Assembly: GCA_034189385.1 (NCBI GenBank) | Contig: JAXHVD010000014.1 | Span: 60,050-124,049, forward strand | Direction: 5' to 3' | Origin: Thermodesulfobacteriota bacterium | Lineage (GTDB): Bacteria > Desulfobacterota > Desulfobacteria > Desulfobacterales > C00003060 | DNA: 64,000 nucleotides | Part shown: one piece after another, positions 1-9,509 of the stretch | How the letters are laid out: each line of letters begins with the position of its first letter | Position numbering within the stretch: position 1 is the stretch's first letter | Notes under the pieces: model-generated | What the model saw: only the letters and a program-made list of their open reading frames with translations | What the model was told of the DNA's origin: nothing | Database searches by the model: none | Translations under genes and position numbers: made by a program

Positions 1-453
1 GCTGATCTTTTTGTGTTGATCTTTTTTGGTCCAGTAGCAGTAGGAGGCACGTACTACGTCCAGACCTTGGAAATGCATCATCCCGTGCTGTGGTCCGGCC
101 TGGCCCCCGGCCTTTTTTCCGTAGCCATCCTCACGGTGAACAATCTCCGAGACATAGAAGAAGACAAGCGCGCCGGCAAAAAGACCCTTGCTGTAAGATT
201 CGGCCGTTCCTATGCCCAGGGGCAATACCTCCTGTGCCTGGTGTCGGCCTCCGCCATCCCGGCAATGCTCTATATTCTAGAAGGAAACCATCCCGTTGCC
301 ATGGTGACCATCGTCCTTCCCCTTGCGGCTTTGTCGTCCATACGCTTGGTCTTTACGACCAGGGATGGTCCGAAACTTAACGGTGTCTTGGCTTTTACGG
401 GCAAGCTCCTGCTCCTTTATAGTGTTGTTTTCTCTGTGGGATGGCTTCTGTGA
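1..453 (+). CDS. menA: 1,4-dihydroxy-2-naphthoate polyprenyltransferase (UbiA family), 5' end outside window
   Basis: Frame open from base 1 (ADLFVLIFFGPVAVGGTYYVQ); hydrophobic protein with NNLRDIEEDKRAGKKTLAVRFG motif; directly upstream of menC/menE. Confidence 0.93.
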   Translation, partial: ADLFVLIFFGPVAVGGTYYVQTLEMHHPVLWSGLAPGLFSVAILTVNNLRDIEEDKRAGKKTLAVRFGRSYAQGQYLLCLVSASAIPAMLYILEGNHPVAMVTIVLPLAALSSIRLVFTTRDGPKLNGVLAFTGKLLLLYSVVFSVGWLL

Positions 454-1553
454 GAATATCAGACATGGCCCTTTTCGAGTTTCGCCTTCCCCTTCGCCGC
501 CCTTTGAAGATCGGCCAAGAAGTCCTCGAACAACGACGGGGTCTTGTCCTGAGCCTAACGGACGACTCCGGCAGGCAGGCTTTTGGAGAGGCCAGCCCTC
601 TGCCCGGCTTGAGCCGAGAGAGTATGGCCCAGGCGAAAGACGAGATGGCCTTGCTACGCCCTTGGCTCATGGGCCGACTCCTGCCCGATCATCTGGACAA
701 GGTGAGAGGAGCTTTCAAAGCGTGGCTTGGGGAATGCCGCCTGGCATCTTCTTCACGTTTTGCTCTTGAGACGGCTGTCTTACGTCTTCTGGCGGCAAAA
801 AGGGCCCTTCCCCTGAGTGAACTTCTTTCCCCATCCCCCCGGCCCTTCGTCAGTGTGAATGGTCTTTTGAGCGGCTCCCGCGAAGAAATTGAGAAAAAGG
901 CCTTTGATCTTCGTGCCCGGGGATACAGGGCCTTCAAGCTGAAAGTGGGGCGGCAGACCGTGGAAGAAGACATCGCTATGACGCAGATGGTTAGAAGAAT
1001 TATTACAGATGATAGTATCTTGCGTCTGGATGCCAATCGTGCTTGGCAAATGGAGCAGGCCCTTGCCTTTGCCAAGGCTGTAGCCTCCGTTAACCTGGAC
1101 TATCTTGAGGAGCCTGTCCGCACCCTTCCCCTGCTGAAAGAGCTGGTCAGTAGAATAGGAACGGCCGTGCCACTTGCTCTGGACGAGAGCTTGACAGGTC
1201 TGACACCGCGAGACCTGGATGGCTTTTTCGGGATCAAGGCTGTCGTACTGAAGCCCACCTTGCTGGGCTTTGAACAAGCCATGCGCTTCGCCCGTGGTGC
1301 CTTAAAAAGGGGTATGACGCCCGTTGTCAGTTCGGCCTTTGAATCTGAAATTGGTATAGAGGCCCTGGCCCACATGGCGGCATCCATCAACACAGGCGAT
1401 GTGCCGGCCGGTCTCGACACCCTGGATTGGTTTGAAAAGGGATTGCTCCCCACCCCTTTTGGGATCAAAAGGGGTCGTCTTGGCATCGCAAATTTCCAGT
1501 GCTTTCCTGAACAAGCGCTGAAAAGTCTGACTGAGGTAACGTTGCATGGCTAA
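441..1553 (+). CDS. menC: o-succinylbenzoate synthase (enolase superfamily)
   Basis: GEASPLPG, FKLKVG, RLDAN, YLEEP, ALDES, VSSAFES motifs; lies between menA and menE. Confidence 0.92.
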   Translation: MASVRISDMALFEFRLPLRRPLKIGQEVLEQRRGLVLSLTDDSGRQAFGEASPLPGLSRESMAQAKDEMALLRPWLMGRLLPDHLDKVRGAFKAWLGECRLASSSRFALETAVLRLLAAKRALPLSELLSPSPRPFVSVNGLLSGSREEIEKKAFDLRARGYRAFKLKVGRQTVEEDIAMTQMVRRIITDDSILRLDANRAWQMEQALAFAKAVASVNLDYLEEPVRTLPLLKELVSRIGTAVPLALDESLTGLTPRDLDGFFGIKAVVLKPTLLGFEQAMRFARGALKRGMTPVVSSAFESEIGIEALAHMAASINTGDVPAGLDTLDWFEKGLLPTPFGIKRGRLGIANFQCFPEQALKSLTEVTLHG

Positions 1554-3003
1554 TATCCAATGCCCCTTAAACGCCGCTGCCAATGCTTGGCGTGACCGCC
1601 CTGCCATCATCAGCGGAGAGAGGATGATCTCCTATGGTGAATATGAAGCCTTGGTTGCATCCACGGCCCTTGCACTCAAAAAAAGGGGGGTGATGCCGGG
1701 ACAGCGTGTTGCCATCATTAGTAAAAACGACTTGGGACTACTTGTCCTTTTGTTCGCCATACTCAGAGCGGGGGCCGTCTCTTTCCCAATCAGCCCGAGA
1801 CTCCCAGGGCAAGCCCTTCAGTCCACCCTGAAAAGGGTTGGTGCCTCAGTCGTCATCGATCCGGAGAACAGACTCCCGAGAAAAGGATCTTCTGAAATAG
1901 GCCAAATCGACCCAGACTCTCTCTTTGCCGCGGCAACATCCTTTGCCTCAACATCAGGCCATGAGGTCACATGGGATCTGGATGACGAAGCCACGATCAT
2001 TCTCACCTCAGGCAGCACTGCTTTACCCAAGGCTGCCCTTCATTCCTTGGGAAATCACTACTACAACGCTCTGGGCTCCAACAAGAATCTTCCCATTGAA
2101 CCGGGCCATGGCTGGCTCCTTTCTCTGCCTTTGTATCACGTAGGCGGACTGGGCATCCTTTTTAGAACCATTCTGGGTGGTGGGACACTGGTCCTTCCTG
2201 AAGAAGGCGAGACGATTCATGCTGCCGTGGAAAGATATGCCGTCACCCATCTTTCCCTTGTCTCTACTCAAGTCTTTCGCCTTCTGAACCAAGGGCTGTC
2301 GGATCAAGCCGTTGACCGCCTAAAGGTCCTTCTTATTGGAGGAGGGCCTGTTTCTTCCTCCTTGATCACGCGTGCCGTCAACAGGGGTTTGCCTTTGTGC
2401 ACCACATACGGTCTCACGGAGATGGCCTCACAGGTCACCACCACCGTCCCGGGCGATGCTGGGGATCGGCTTTTCAGTTCCGGCAAGATTCTGGAATATC
2501 GCCGTCTCAAAATAGAGGACGGGGCTATTTTCGTGAAAGGCCGGACCCTTTTTAGAGGTTATGTGGAAGAGCAGGGAATAGAAAAACCTTTCGATGATAA
2601 AGGCTGGTTTAAGACGGGGGATATGGGACGGATGGACCGTGAAGGCTACCTCACCTTTCTGGGGCGGCAAGACAACATGTTTATTTCAGGTGGAGAAAAC
2701 ATCCAACCCGAGGAGATTGAGAGCGCCCTGTGTGCCACGATGGATATTACTCAGGCTGTGGTCGTGCCTGTGGAAGACAAGGAATTCAGCTTTCGTCCCG
2801 TTGCCTTCGTCCGGACACCCTCTGGGACGCACCTGGATCAAAAAGACCTGATCTGCCAGCTGGAGCGTGATCTGCCACGATTCAAGATCCCTGAAGCCTT
2901 TCTCCCCTGGCCCGAAGAGGCAGACAAAAGAGGCCTTAAGCCCGACCGCACCTACCTCACGACTCTGGCGGGAGAGCTTCGACTGACCCGCCTCAACAAA
3001 TGA
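1546..3003 (+). CDS. menE: o-succinylbenzoate--CoA ligase
   Basis: TSGST..PKAA, LPLYHVGG, TYGLTEMASQV, TGD, FISGGENIQPEEIE; overlaps the menC stop. Confidence 0.92.
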   Translation: MANIQCPLNAAANAWRDRPAIISGERMISYGEYEALVASTALALKKRGVMPGQRVAIISKNDLGLLVLLFAILRAGAVSFPISPRLPGQALQSTLKRVGASVVIDPENRLPRKGSSEIGQIDPDSLFAAATSFASTSGHEVTWDLDDEATIILTSGSTALPKAALHSLGNHYYNALGSNKNLPIEPGHGWLLSLPLYHVGGLGILFRTILGGGTLVLPEEGETIHAAVERYAVTHLSLVSTQVFRLLNQGLSDQAVDRLKVLLIGGGPVSSSLITRAVNRGLPLCTTYGLTEMASQVTTTVPGDAGDRLFSSGKILEYRRLKIEDGAIFVKGRTLFRGYVEEQGIEKPFDDKGWFKTGDMGRMDREGYLTFLGRQDNMFISGGENIQPEEIESALCATMDITQAVVVPVEDKEFSFRPVAFVRTPSGTHLDQKDLICQLERDLPRFKIPEAFLPWPEEADKRGLKPDRTYLTTLAGELRLTRLNK

Positions 3004-3409
3004 TCCCAGCAAGCCCCTTTCTTATGTTTTCCGGCAAGGGAATCTTCTCCCCCGTAACCTTGTCCACCGAGACATGAACTGTCTTGAGCCTTGTAGCAAC
3101 GCGTCCCTTCTTATTCCTAAAGACATAGACCAGGGTAAAAGAAGTATCGCCCATTTCTGCTGAAAGAGAAAGGGTGAAGGCTTCACCCAGGACAAGGGGA
3201 CTTCGGTAGTCCGCCTCTGCGTGAACAATAGGAAGGCTGTATTGGGCATCGCGAATAATAACGTCCAGGCCGCATCCGATAGATTTCATAAAATCTTCGT
3301 AGGCGCCATGGGCGATCTTAAAGTGATTTGCGAAAAATAGAATCCCCGCAGCATCGGCATCATGGAATTTCACCCGCATTTCTGTCTCAACCTTGCTCAT
3401 ATCCGTCAT
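2993..3409 (-). CDS. Hotdog-fold acyl-CoA thioesterase (4HBT family), probable DHNA-CoA thioesterase
   Basis: VKFHDADAAGILFFAN and LPIVHAEADYRSPL motifs; convergent with menE. Confidence 0.8.
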   Translation of the reverse strand: MTDMSKVETEMRVKFHDADAAGILFFANHFKIAHGAYEDFMKSIGCGLDVIIRDAQYSLPIVHAEADYRSPLVLGEAFTLSLSAEMGDTSFTLVYVFRNKKGRVATRLKTVHVSVDKVTGEKIPLPENIRKGLAGIIC

Positions 3410-3501
3410 GTTCCCAATCTTACATCACATCTGTAATTGAGATCAGATCCCATTGTTTCACTGCACTACAACCAATGAAACCTGCCGTAGACATCAGCCA
3501 T

Positions 3502-3678
3502 TCACCCTTCTTTCTTGCCTTCGGCCCTACCCTTTTGAATGGCAAGGGCAAGCCCTGCCAAAGCCGCCACGCACCCGGCCAGCGTATAGACCATCTCGTT
3601 GCTCATGACAGAGCCCACAAAAAAGCCTAACAGGCCAGCGGCCACAAGGCCGGTCCATATCTTCCCCGCCATTTCCAT
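3502..3678 (-). CDS. Small (58 aa) two-helix membrane protein, absent from the supplied ORF track
   Basis: Manual translation MEMAGKIWTGLVAAGLLGFFVGSVMSNEMVYTLAGCVAALAGLALAIQKGRAEGKKEG*; purine-rich RBS (GAGGAAGGGG) upstream; two hydrophobic segments and a basic tail. Confidence 0.65.
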   Translation of the reverse strand: MEMAGKIWTGLVAAGLLGFFVGSVMSNEMVYTLAGCVAALAGLALAIQKGRAEGKKEG

Positions 3679-3735
3679 GGACGACCACCCCTTCCTCGTT
3701 TATGCAATATTTTTAGACATTCCTATGGTTTTTGC

Positions 3736-4857
3736 ATGAGGTCAAGTCTTTTTACACGATACGTTGATAACGACGTAAGCCTGTGTTATGGATCTTCCAA
3801 GAATAGGAGACGAGGACAACCCTACCGCGTGACGCCCCTAACCCTTCTAAGACGCTTGTGCCTTCCCATTCTCTTCATCTGCCTTTGTGCCTTTGTTCAG
3901 CCGGCCTCCGGCTTCTACACATGGACCGATGAAAAGGGCGTCAGACACTTTAGTGACACGCCTCCTCCGGCTGGAGGCCTGGATCGACTCCAGGTCAGGG
4001 AAACAGACGGTACCACTTTCCAGCCTCAAGGGCCGGAACCCCGGAGCACACTAGAAAAGCATTTCCTTTGGTCCGTAGAAACAAACAAAAACACCATTTA
4101 CCTTCTGGGCTCTCTCCATGTGCTGACAAAGGATTCCTATCCATTGGCTCAAGAAATTGAAAATGCCTATCGGCATTGCCAGAAAATCGTATTTGAAACA
4201 GACATAGATGGCCTGAATAATCCCATGATGCAGGCCAAGATCATGACCCTCGGCCTTTATCCCTTGGACCAAACCTTGCGGCAGCATGTATCTGAAAAGA
4301 CCTATGCAGCGCTCAAAAAGAAGGTGGCCGAAGCTGGACTCTCCATGACCGTCTTTGAAAGGCTCAAGCCCTGGTCCTGCGGGGTGACGCTCACAATAAT
4401 GGCCCTTGAAAGGATGGGATTTGATCTTCGTTACGGCATTGATACCACCTTTTTTCAGAGGGCAAAAAAGGATGGAAAAGAGCGGATCTTTTTGGAACCT
4501 GTTGAGTATCAGATCAACCTCCTTGCAAACATGGGAAAACAAGACCAAGAGCTATCCCTTAGACAGACCCTGGATGACCTTGAGGTGGTGGAAACCATGG
4601 CCCCTGATATGCTTGACGCCTGGGAAAACGGTGATGTTCACAGGCTCGATACCATTATGAATGCAAGCCTGAAGAAGTACCCTGATATCCATGACCGCCT
4701 TCTTGTGCAGAGGAATAAGAAATGGCTCTCCCAGATCGAGAATCTTATGAACCAGGATGACAATGTGCTGGTCATTGTAGGGGCCGCCCATCTGGTGGGA
4801 GCTGAAAGCCTTGTGGCCCTTCTCAGGGGAAAAGGTCATCACGTGACGCAGAGGTAG
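3736..4857 (+). CDS. TraB/GumN (TIKI) family protein with N-terminal DUF4124-like segment; true start probably downstream of 3736
   Basis: YTWTDEKGVRHFSDTPP (DUF4124-like) after a signal-like stretch; LLGSLH, RNKKW and VGAAHLVG TraB/GumN motifs. Confidence 0.85.
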   Translation: MRSSLFTRYVDNDVSLCYGSSKNRRRGQPYRVTPLTLLRRLCLPILFICLCAFVQPASGFYTWTDEKGVRHFSDTPPPAGGLDRLQVRETDGTTFQPQGPEPRSTLEKHFLWSVETNKNTIYLLGSLHVLTKDSYPLAQEIENAYRHCQKIVFETDIDGLNNPMMQAKIMTLGLYPLDQTLRQHVSEKTYAALKKKVAEAGLSMTVFERLKPWSCGVTLTIMALERMGFDLRYGIDTTFFQRAKKDGKERIFLEPVEYQINLLANMGKQDQELSLRQTLDDLEVVETMAPDMLDAWENGDVHRLDTIMNASLKKYPDIHDRLLVQRNKKWLSQIENLMNQDDNVLVIVGAAHLVGAESLVALLRGKGHHVTQR

Positions 4858-4952
4858 CAGGGAGTTTAAACTTGGAGGGTTGAAGCGAAGGCTTTCGGAG
4901 CCGAGAGGGGGGAGCCCTCGACAGCATGTGGGCATCCCCCTATTACCTTGGT

Positions 4953-7052
4953 CTACCGATGGCTCACGGTAATCGCACATGTCGCTATGGTCGTGTCCAA
5001 CACCTGGCCATCGCGTTTCAGCTTTAGTTTGACTTCAAACGCCTTCTCTGTGCCGTCAGGGATATGGACGGGAACCTTGATCTTTTTCCCTTGATACCTG
5101 TCCTTGACCAGTAGAAAGCCCGTGCCTCCAGACTGGTCGTCAACCTTGGTCAGTTCAGGATAATGGCTCTGAAAGACCTTGATGAGAGCCTTTACCTTGT
5201 ATTGGGTGTCTGGAGCCCCCAAGATATCGTAGGCGATGTGAAATTGGATGGCCTCGCCCGGGAGAAAGTCTGTTTTACGGAGACCGTTCGTAGCTGTTGC
5301 ATAGGTGTCGGTGATGACGATCCCAGGCTTTCCAAGACCGCTCAGGGGCACCTCGAAAATCGGCATATCAGGATCGTTTGACGGAATCGACAAAACAGCG
5401 GCCTTTTCGCCATCCGCTGTTGGGGAAAATCTGACGTACACACCCGTCCTTTGCGAGGGTGTCAGAATCTGACCCGGCCCCCCATCTGTGTTGCCTGATT
5501 GGTTGGACAGTGTAGCAAAATTCGATGCATCAGGACCTGTGATCGAAAGCCCCCCCCATTGCAGATCTTCATTTCCTGCGTTTGAGATCTCCACCTGCAA
5601 GAAGGCCGAGGAGCCCCGAGGCACCTCTCCGAAGTCCATCACCGTGGGAGAGACGACGATGGCCGGGCCGCAGGCTTCTATGATCACCGGTTTCTTGCCT
5701 AGGGTCAGCTCAATGGTCCCATCAACGATCGGCACGACATAGGTAACGAAGGCGTCTTCAAAAAGAACGGCTTCCGCTTCCTGCCCCGTCTCGAACATGG
5801 GCACCACCTTCGTCACTTTCACCTCTGACGCGTTCATGGTGCTCACGTCGAGGGTGACGTCCTTTGAGTTTGTCGTATCATTGAACCAGTCGAACCAGGC
5901 CACATAGACCGGCTTTCCCTGTCGTGTAAGAAGATACTGGTAGAGATTGTCCTTCCCATAGGTGCAGGTAACGGTGTCCCAGTCCGCCTCTCCCAGTTTG
6001 TGGCTCATCAGTTTACACGTGAAATAGGATAGCTTTTTGATCCCGGGGCCTTTGTCGAACTCCCCTTGGCCGTCGTAGATCAGCCCGGTGTACCAGAAGC
6101 ATCCGTTTTCCCTGCCGCCGGGCCTTTCATAGAGGAAGTTCCACAGGATCTTCTCAACACCCTCGGATGCGAGATGGACATGGCGCTTAAAGAGATCGAC
6201 CGCCTGCTTCATTTCACTCTGGCTGGGGTAGTACACGCCATAGGCCGAATGAGGCGAATCCGTGTAGGTGGAGGTCTCTGTCATCCAGATGGGAATTGAA
6301 GGGAAACGTTCCTTTAGAAAATCGATCCGGTTTGAAAAGCCCTTGAAATGGTTTTTGTTCATGTAGCCGAATCGATGAAAATCGACAATGTCAAAATGGG
6401 TTTCATTCTGTAAAAGCGTCTCATAAAAGACGTCGTCCATGTCTTCGAGCAAAAGACTCCCCAGCAGGACGGAACAGTCCGGGCATGCCTGCTTCACTAA
6501 CGGATAGACCAGGTTGATCAGCTCGACGTAGTCCTCGGGATGGTACAGCCAATAGCTGGGGTTCAACCCGCTAGCCTTGTCGACCTCGTTTTCCATCTGC
6601 CAGAATTTGATGGCCGGCCTTTCATCGTCGCTCCACGACGGGGACAGGTTGTCCCCAGGCTCATAGCAGTCAGGACATTGCTCGGTGCAGCCGTAGTCGG
6701 CATCACCGTCATATCTCTCCACGCATCGCAAGATGAACTGCCGGTAATACTCGGATCTAATTTTTTCCATGTTGGTTGGGGACATGAATGTGACAACCAT
6801 CTCGCCGTCTCTTTGATAAACCCTGCTAAACTTTTCGTCCGTTTTCTTAAAAGACCACTCGGCTAAATCTATGGAATAGGTCTTGCTGAAGAGCAGGTTC
6901 CCTCTGATGAAACCAACATCCAGGTCTTCCAGGTAGTCGCTCTCAAGGACACTTTCAATGCCGAAAAATCCAAATGGAGCTCCATAGGCCGATGGAACAA
7001 CGGCGATAAGTGATACGATTATCATCACCAAACTGAGTCTCTTGCAGATCAT
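4953..7052 (-). CDS. Secreted clan GH-A glycoside-hydrolase-like protein with ASH/choice-of-anchor-D-type Ig domain
   Basis: Signal peptide MICKRLSLVMIIVSLIAVVPSAYG with AAGGGGG RBS; WQMENEVD acid/base and IWMTETS nucleophile-like motifs; MDFGEV..ISNAGNEDL..SNDPD Ig domain. Confidence 0.72.
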   Translation of the reverse strand: MICKRLSLVMIIVSLIAVVPSAYGAPFGFFGIESVLESDYLEDLDVGFIRGNLLFSKTYSIDLAEWSFKKTDEKFSRVYQRDGEMVVTFMSPTNMEKIRSEYYRQFILRCVERYDGDADYGCTEQCPDCYEPGDNLSPSWSDDERPAIKFWQMENEVDKASGLNPSYWLYHPEDYVELINLVYPLVKQACPDCSVLLGSLLLEDMDDVFYETLLQNETHFDIVDFHRFGYMNKNHFKGFSNRIDFLKERFPSIPIWMTETSTYTDSPHSAYGVYYPSQSEMKQAVDLFKRHVHLASEGVEKILWNFLYERPGGRENGCFWYTGLIYDGQGEFDKGPGIKKLSYFTCKLMSHKLGEADWDTVTCTYGKDNLYQYLLTRQGKPVYVAWFDWFNDTTNSKDVTLDVSTMNASEVKVTKVVPMFETGQEAEAVLFEDAFVTYVVPIVDGTIELTLGKKPVIIEACGPAIVVSPTVMDFGEVPRGSSAFLQVEISNAGNEDLQWGGLSITGPDASNFATLSNQSGNTDGGPGQILTPSQRTGVYVRFSPTADGEKAAVLSIPSNDPDMPIFEVPLSGLGKPGIVITDTYATATNGLRKTDFLPGEAIQFHIAYDILGAPDTQYKVKALIKVFQSHYPELTKVDDQSGGTGFLLVKDRYQGKKIKVPVHIPDGTEKAFEVKLKLKRDGQVLDTTIATCAITVSHR

Positions 7053-7154
7053 GGTATACCCCCTTGTCTTCTTATCGGTGCGATCTTCTGTTTCTTTAGT
7101 CTCTTTTGCTCCCTTTCTTATCGGCACTTCTTGAAGGCTGGCCCCCCACGCATC

Positions 7155-7317
7155 TTGAACCGAATAAGCGAGCGCATTCTCCACAGGAGAGCTACCGCAG
7201 CCCCGCAGGTTCTGCCTGACGGCAGTGGTTCTGCTAGTTGGCAGTGCTAGCGCGGCGCAGGCTGCGGGGTTAGCGAGCGTGTAATTAAAAAGACAACAAC
7301 CTTACGGTGAGCGATTC
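7155..7317 (-). repeat. Degenerate inverted copy of repeat family A carrying an ~80 bp insert in its second hairpin
   Basis: Reverse complement matches ATGCGCTCGCTTATTCGGTTCAA and CACCG.AAGG.TGTTGTC.TTTTAA.TA..C.CTCGCTAACCCCGC of the copies at 9265 and 54245. Confidence 0.85.
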
Positions 7318-7611
7318 TTTTGGATTCTTGCTTGGAATAGACGGGGGCCCTTGTGATTTCTTATTTTTGAACCCCATGAGATCTCGGACTTGGGTCGCTT
7401 CCGAGTCATGGCCGCACTGGCTCATCGGCACCCAATCGGTGCGGTGGGAGACCTCTGGCGGCAGCCGACGGAATGAGCATAACTTATTGACATGAGGAGT
7501 AATTTTTGATATTTGATAGTAATTGTCTTGAAAATCTTGGCAAGGTCAAAGGCTCATCGTTGTTGAAAGAGGGCAAGGCCTTAGGGGGTTCAAAGGGTGG
7601 CAACGGGAAGG

Positions 7612-9120
7612 TTATCTGATCTCAAATTGCGGCCGATAGTCCTCCACGATCGGAAAGTTGTCCAGGCGTTTGTGGATAGCAGCTTGAAGAAAGGAATTCA
7701 CCCACCAGTAGATGTCCTGCTTCTTTAGGGAGCCGCGCAGTCTCTTCATGCGCTGTCGTCTCTCCTCTTGCGTCATCTTGAAGGCCTGATAAAGGGCGTC
7801 TGCCACCCCTTCTGTGTCATGGGGGTTCACCAAAAGCGCCCCTTTTTGCAGTTGTGGCGCGGCACCGGCGAATTCGCTCAAGATAAGAACGCCATTCTCT
7901 TCCAGGCTTGCCGCACAATACTCCTTGGCGATCAGATTCATGCCGTCTTTAAAGGGGGTCACGAGGGCGATCTCGGCAGTACGGTAGTAAGCTACCAACT
8001 CACTTCGGTCCAGGCTGCGGAAGACGTAGTGAATGGGTACCCACCCAGACTGCGTAAACTCCCCGTTGATCTCACCTACCAGACGCTCGATTTCTACCTT
8101 TAGATTGCTATATTCCGCTATCTCTCGTCTGCTGGGCACCACCACCTGCACCAAAACCACCCTCTCCAGCAGCTCTGGATAACGGCGGAGGGCATTCCTG
8201 AAGGCCTCCAGCCTCTCGATAATGCCCTTGGTGTAGTCCAGCCGGTCAATACCCAGGATAATCTGTACTTCAGGCAGTTGTTCATGGATGAACCAGGCCT
8301 CATCGGCCACCCCTTCGGTGGAGGCAAGATCGGCGAACTCTTTGAAGTCGATGCTGATGGGAAAGACGCCCACCCTCACGTGGCGGTCGCGAAATCTCAT
8401 GGTAATGACCCTTCCCTTCCCCTGGACATAGACGCCCTTGACGAGACTGCGCACGCATTGGATGAAATTGCGCCGGTCACGCACGGTCTGAAAACCGATG
8501 AGGTTGTAATTCAAAAAGGACTCCAGGAGCTGAAACCTCCACGGGAGTCTCAGAAAAATGTCGAGGGGTGGGAAAGGGATGTGAAGGAAGAAACCGATGT
8601 CCTCGGTTACGCCCAAGCGGCGCAGCTCCCGCCCCACGTTGATGAGGTGGTAGTCGTGAACCCAGATGTAGTCATCAGTGGCTAAGTGTCCTTTGATCAC
8701 CCGGGCAAATTTCCTGTTGACCCTTTGAAAGGCTGCCCAATAGGAGGGATCGAACTTGCACATGGAAGGAAAATCATGAAAAAGGGGCCAGGTAATCTCA
8801 TTGGCGAATCCACAGTAGTACTTGTCTCTTTCCTCTGACGAGATGGCCACCGGCTTGAGCGTAAAGCCAGAGTTTTGGGTAAACTGTGCCAGGATTCCCT
8901 CCAATTTCCCGCCAGAGGCCTCTGTTGTCCCTGGCCAGCCGACCCACAACCCGCCCCGATCCCTGAGCACTGGAGCAAGGGCCGTGACCAGCCCCCCAGA
9001 TCCTGGTACGGCCCTCCAGCCTTTTCCCCGGTTTCTTTCCAAGACCACGGGGAGGCGATTGGAGACGATCAAAAGACGGGTCTTGAGGCTGCCTTGTTGA
9101 TAAGCCTGGTTCGTTTCCAT
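7612..9120 (-). CDS. otsA: Trehalose-6-phosphate synthase (GT20)
   Basis: [54 protein letters not shown]. Confidence 0.96.
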   Translation of the reverse strand: METNQAYQQGSLKTRLLIVSNRLPVVLERNRGKGWRAVPGSGGLVTALAPVLRDRGGLWVGWPGTTEASGGKLEGILAQFTQNSGFTLKPVAISSEERDKYYCGFANEITWPLFHDFPSMCKFDPSYWAAFQRVNRKFARVIKGHLATDDYIWVHDYHLINVGRELRRLGVTEDIGFFLHIPFPPLDIFLRLPWRFQLLESFLNYNLIGFQTVRDRRNFIQCVRSLVKGVYVQGKGRVITMRFRDRHVRVGVFPISIDFKEFADLASTEGVADEAWFIHEQLPEVQIILGIDRLDYTKGIIERLEAFRNALRRYPELLERVVLVQVVVPSRREIAEYSNLKVEIERLVGEINGEFTQSGWVPIHYVFRSLDRSELVAYYRTAEIALVTPFKDGMNLIAKEYCAASLEENGVLILSEFAGAAPQLQKGALLVNPHDTEGVADALYQAFKMTQEERRQRMKRLRGSLKKQDIYWWVNSFLQAAIHKRLDNFPIVEDYRPQFEIR

Positions 9121-9233
9121 GATGGAGCACCTTTCTCACCCCGCCGTTCATCCTGACGTTCGGGCGGGGCTGCCAATCAATAGATTAGTAACGTTCAAAA
9201 GTGTTGACTTAGTGGATTTCTGGACCACCAACT

Positions 9234-9462
9234 TCGAGATAGGGATAGTCGCTTCTCTTCGGCATTGAACCCTCCCCGCGGCAAGCCACGGGGAATCTTC
9301 ACCGCAAGGATGTTGTCATTTTAACTATACACTCGCTAACCCCGCCGCAAGCAGCGGGGAATGCGCTCGCTTATTCGGTTCAATGCCTTTAGGTAGCCTA
9401 TGCCATTTGTGTAGATGGCAATGGCTGTATGCCTGCGTTCAGCGATCATCCCTATCCCTCTG
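9234..9462. repeat. Repeat family B (imperfect ~110 bp palindrome) interrupted by the family A element
   Basis: Flanks GATAGGGATAGTCGCTTCTCTTCGGC...ATGCCTTTAG...GGCAATGGCTGTATGCCTGCGTTCAGC...TCCCTCTG align with the uninterrupted sequence at 54367-54479. Confidence 0.75.
9265..9383 (+). mobile_element. Repeat family A: 119 bp MITE/REP-like element with TTGAAC/GTTCAA ends and two GCAA-loop hairpins
   Basis: Differs from 54245-54363 at one position by eye; hairpins CCCCGCGGCAAGCCACGGGG and CCCCGCCGCAAGCAGCGGGG. Confidence 0.9.
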
Positions 9463-9509
9463 ACTGTCTGCTAGGGCCTTTGCCTCAACTTTTGAACGTT
9501 ACCAATAGA

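Noticed and set aside
7053..7184. N-terminal extension of the 743 aa ORF
   Set aside because: Starts inside a family A repeat (NALAYSVQ also appears in the ORF over the 54245 copy); RBS and signal peptide point to 7052
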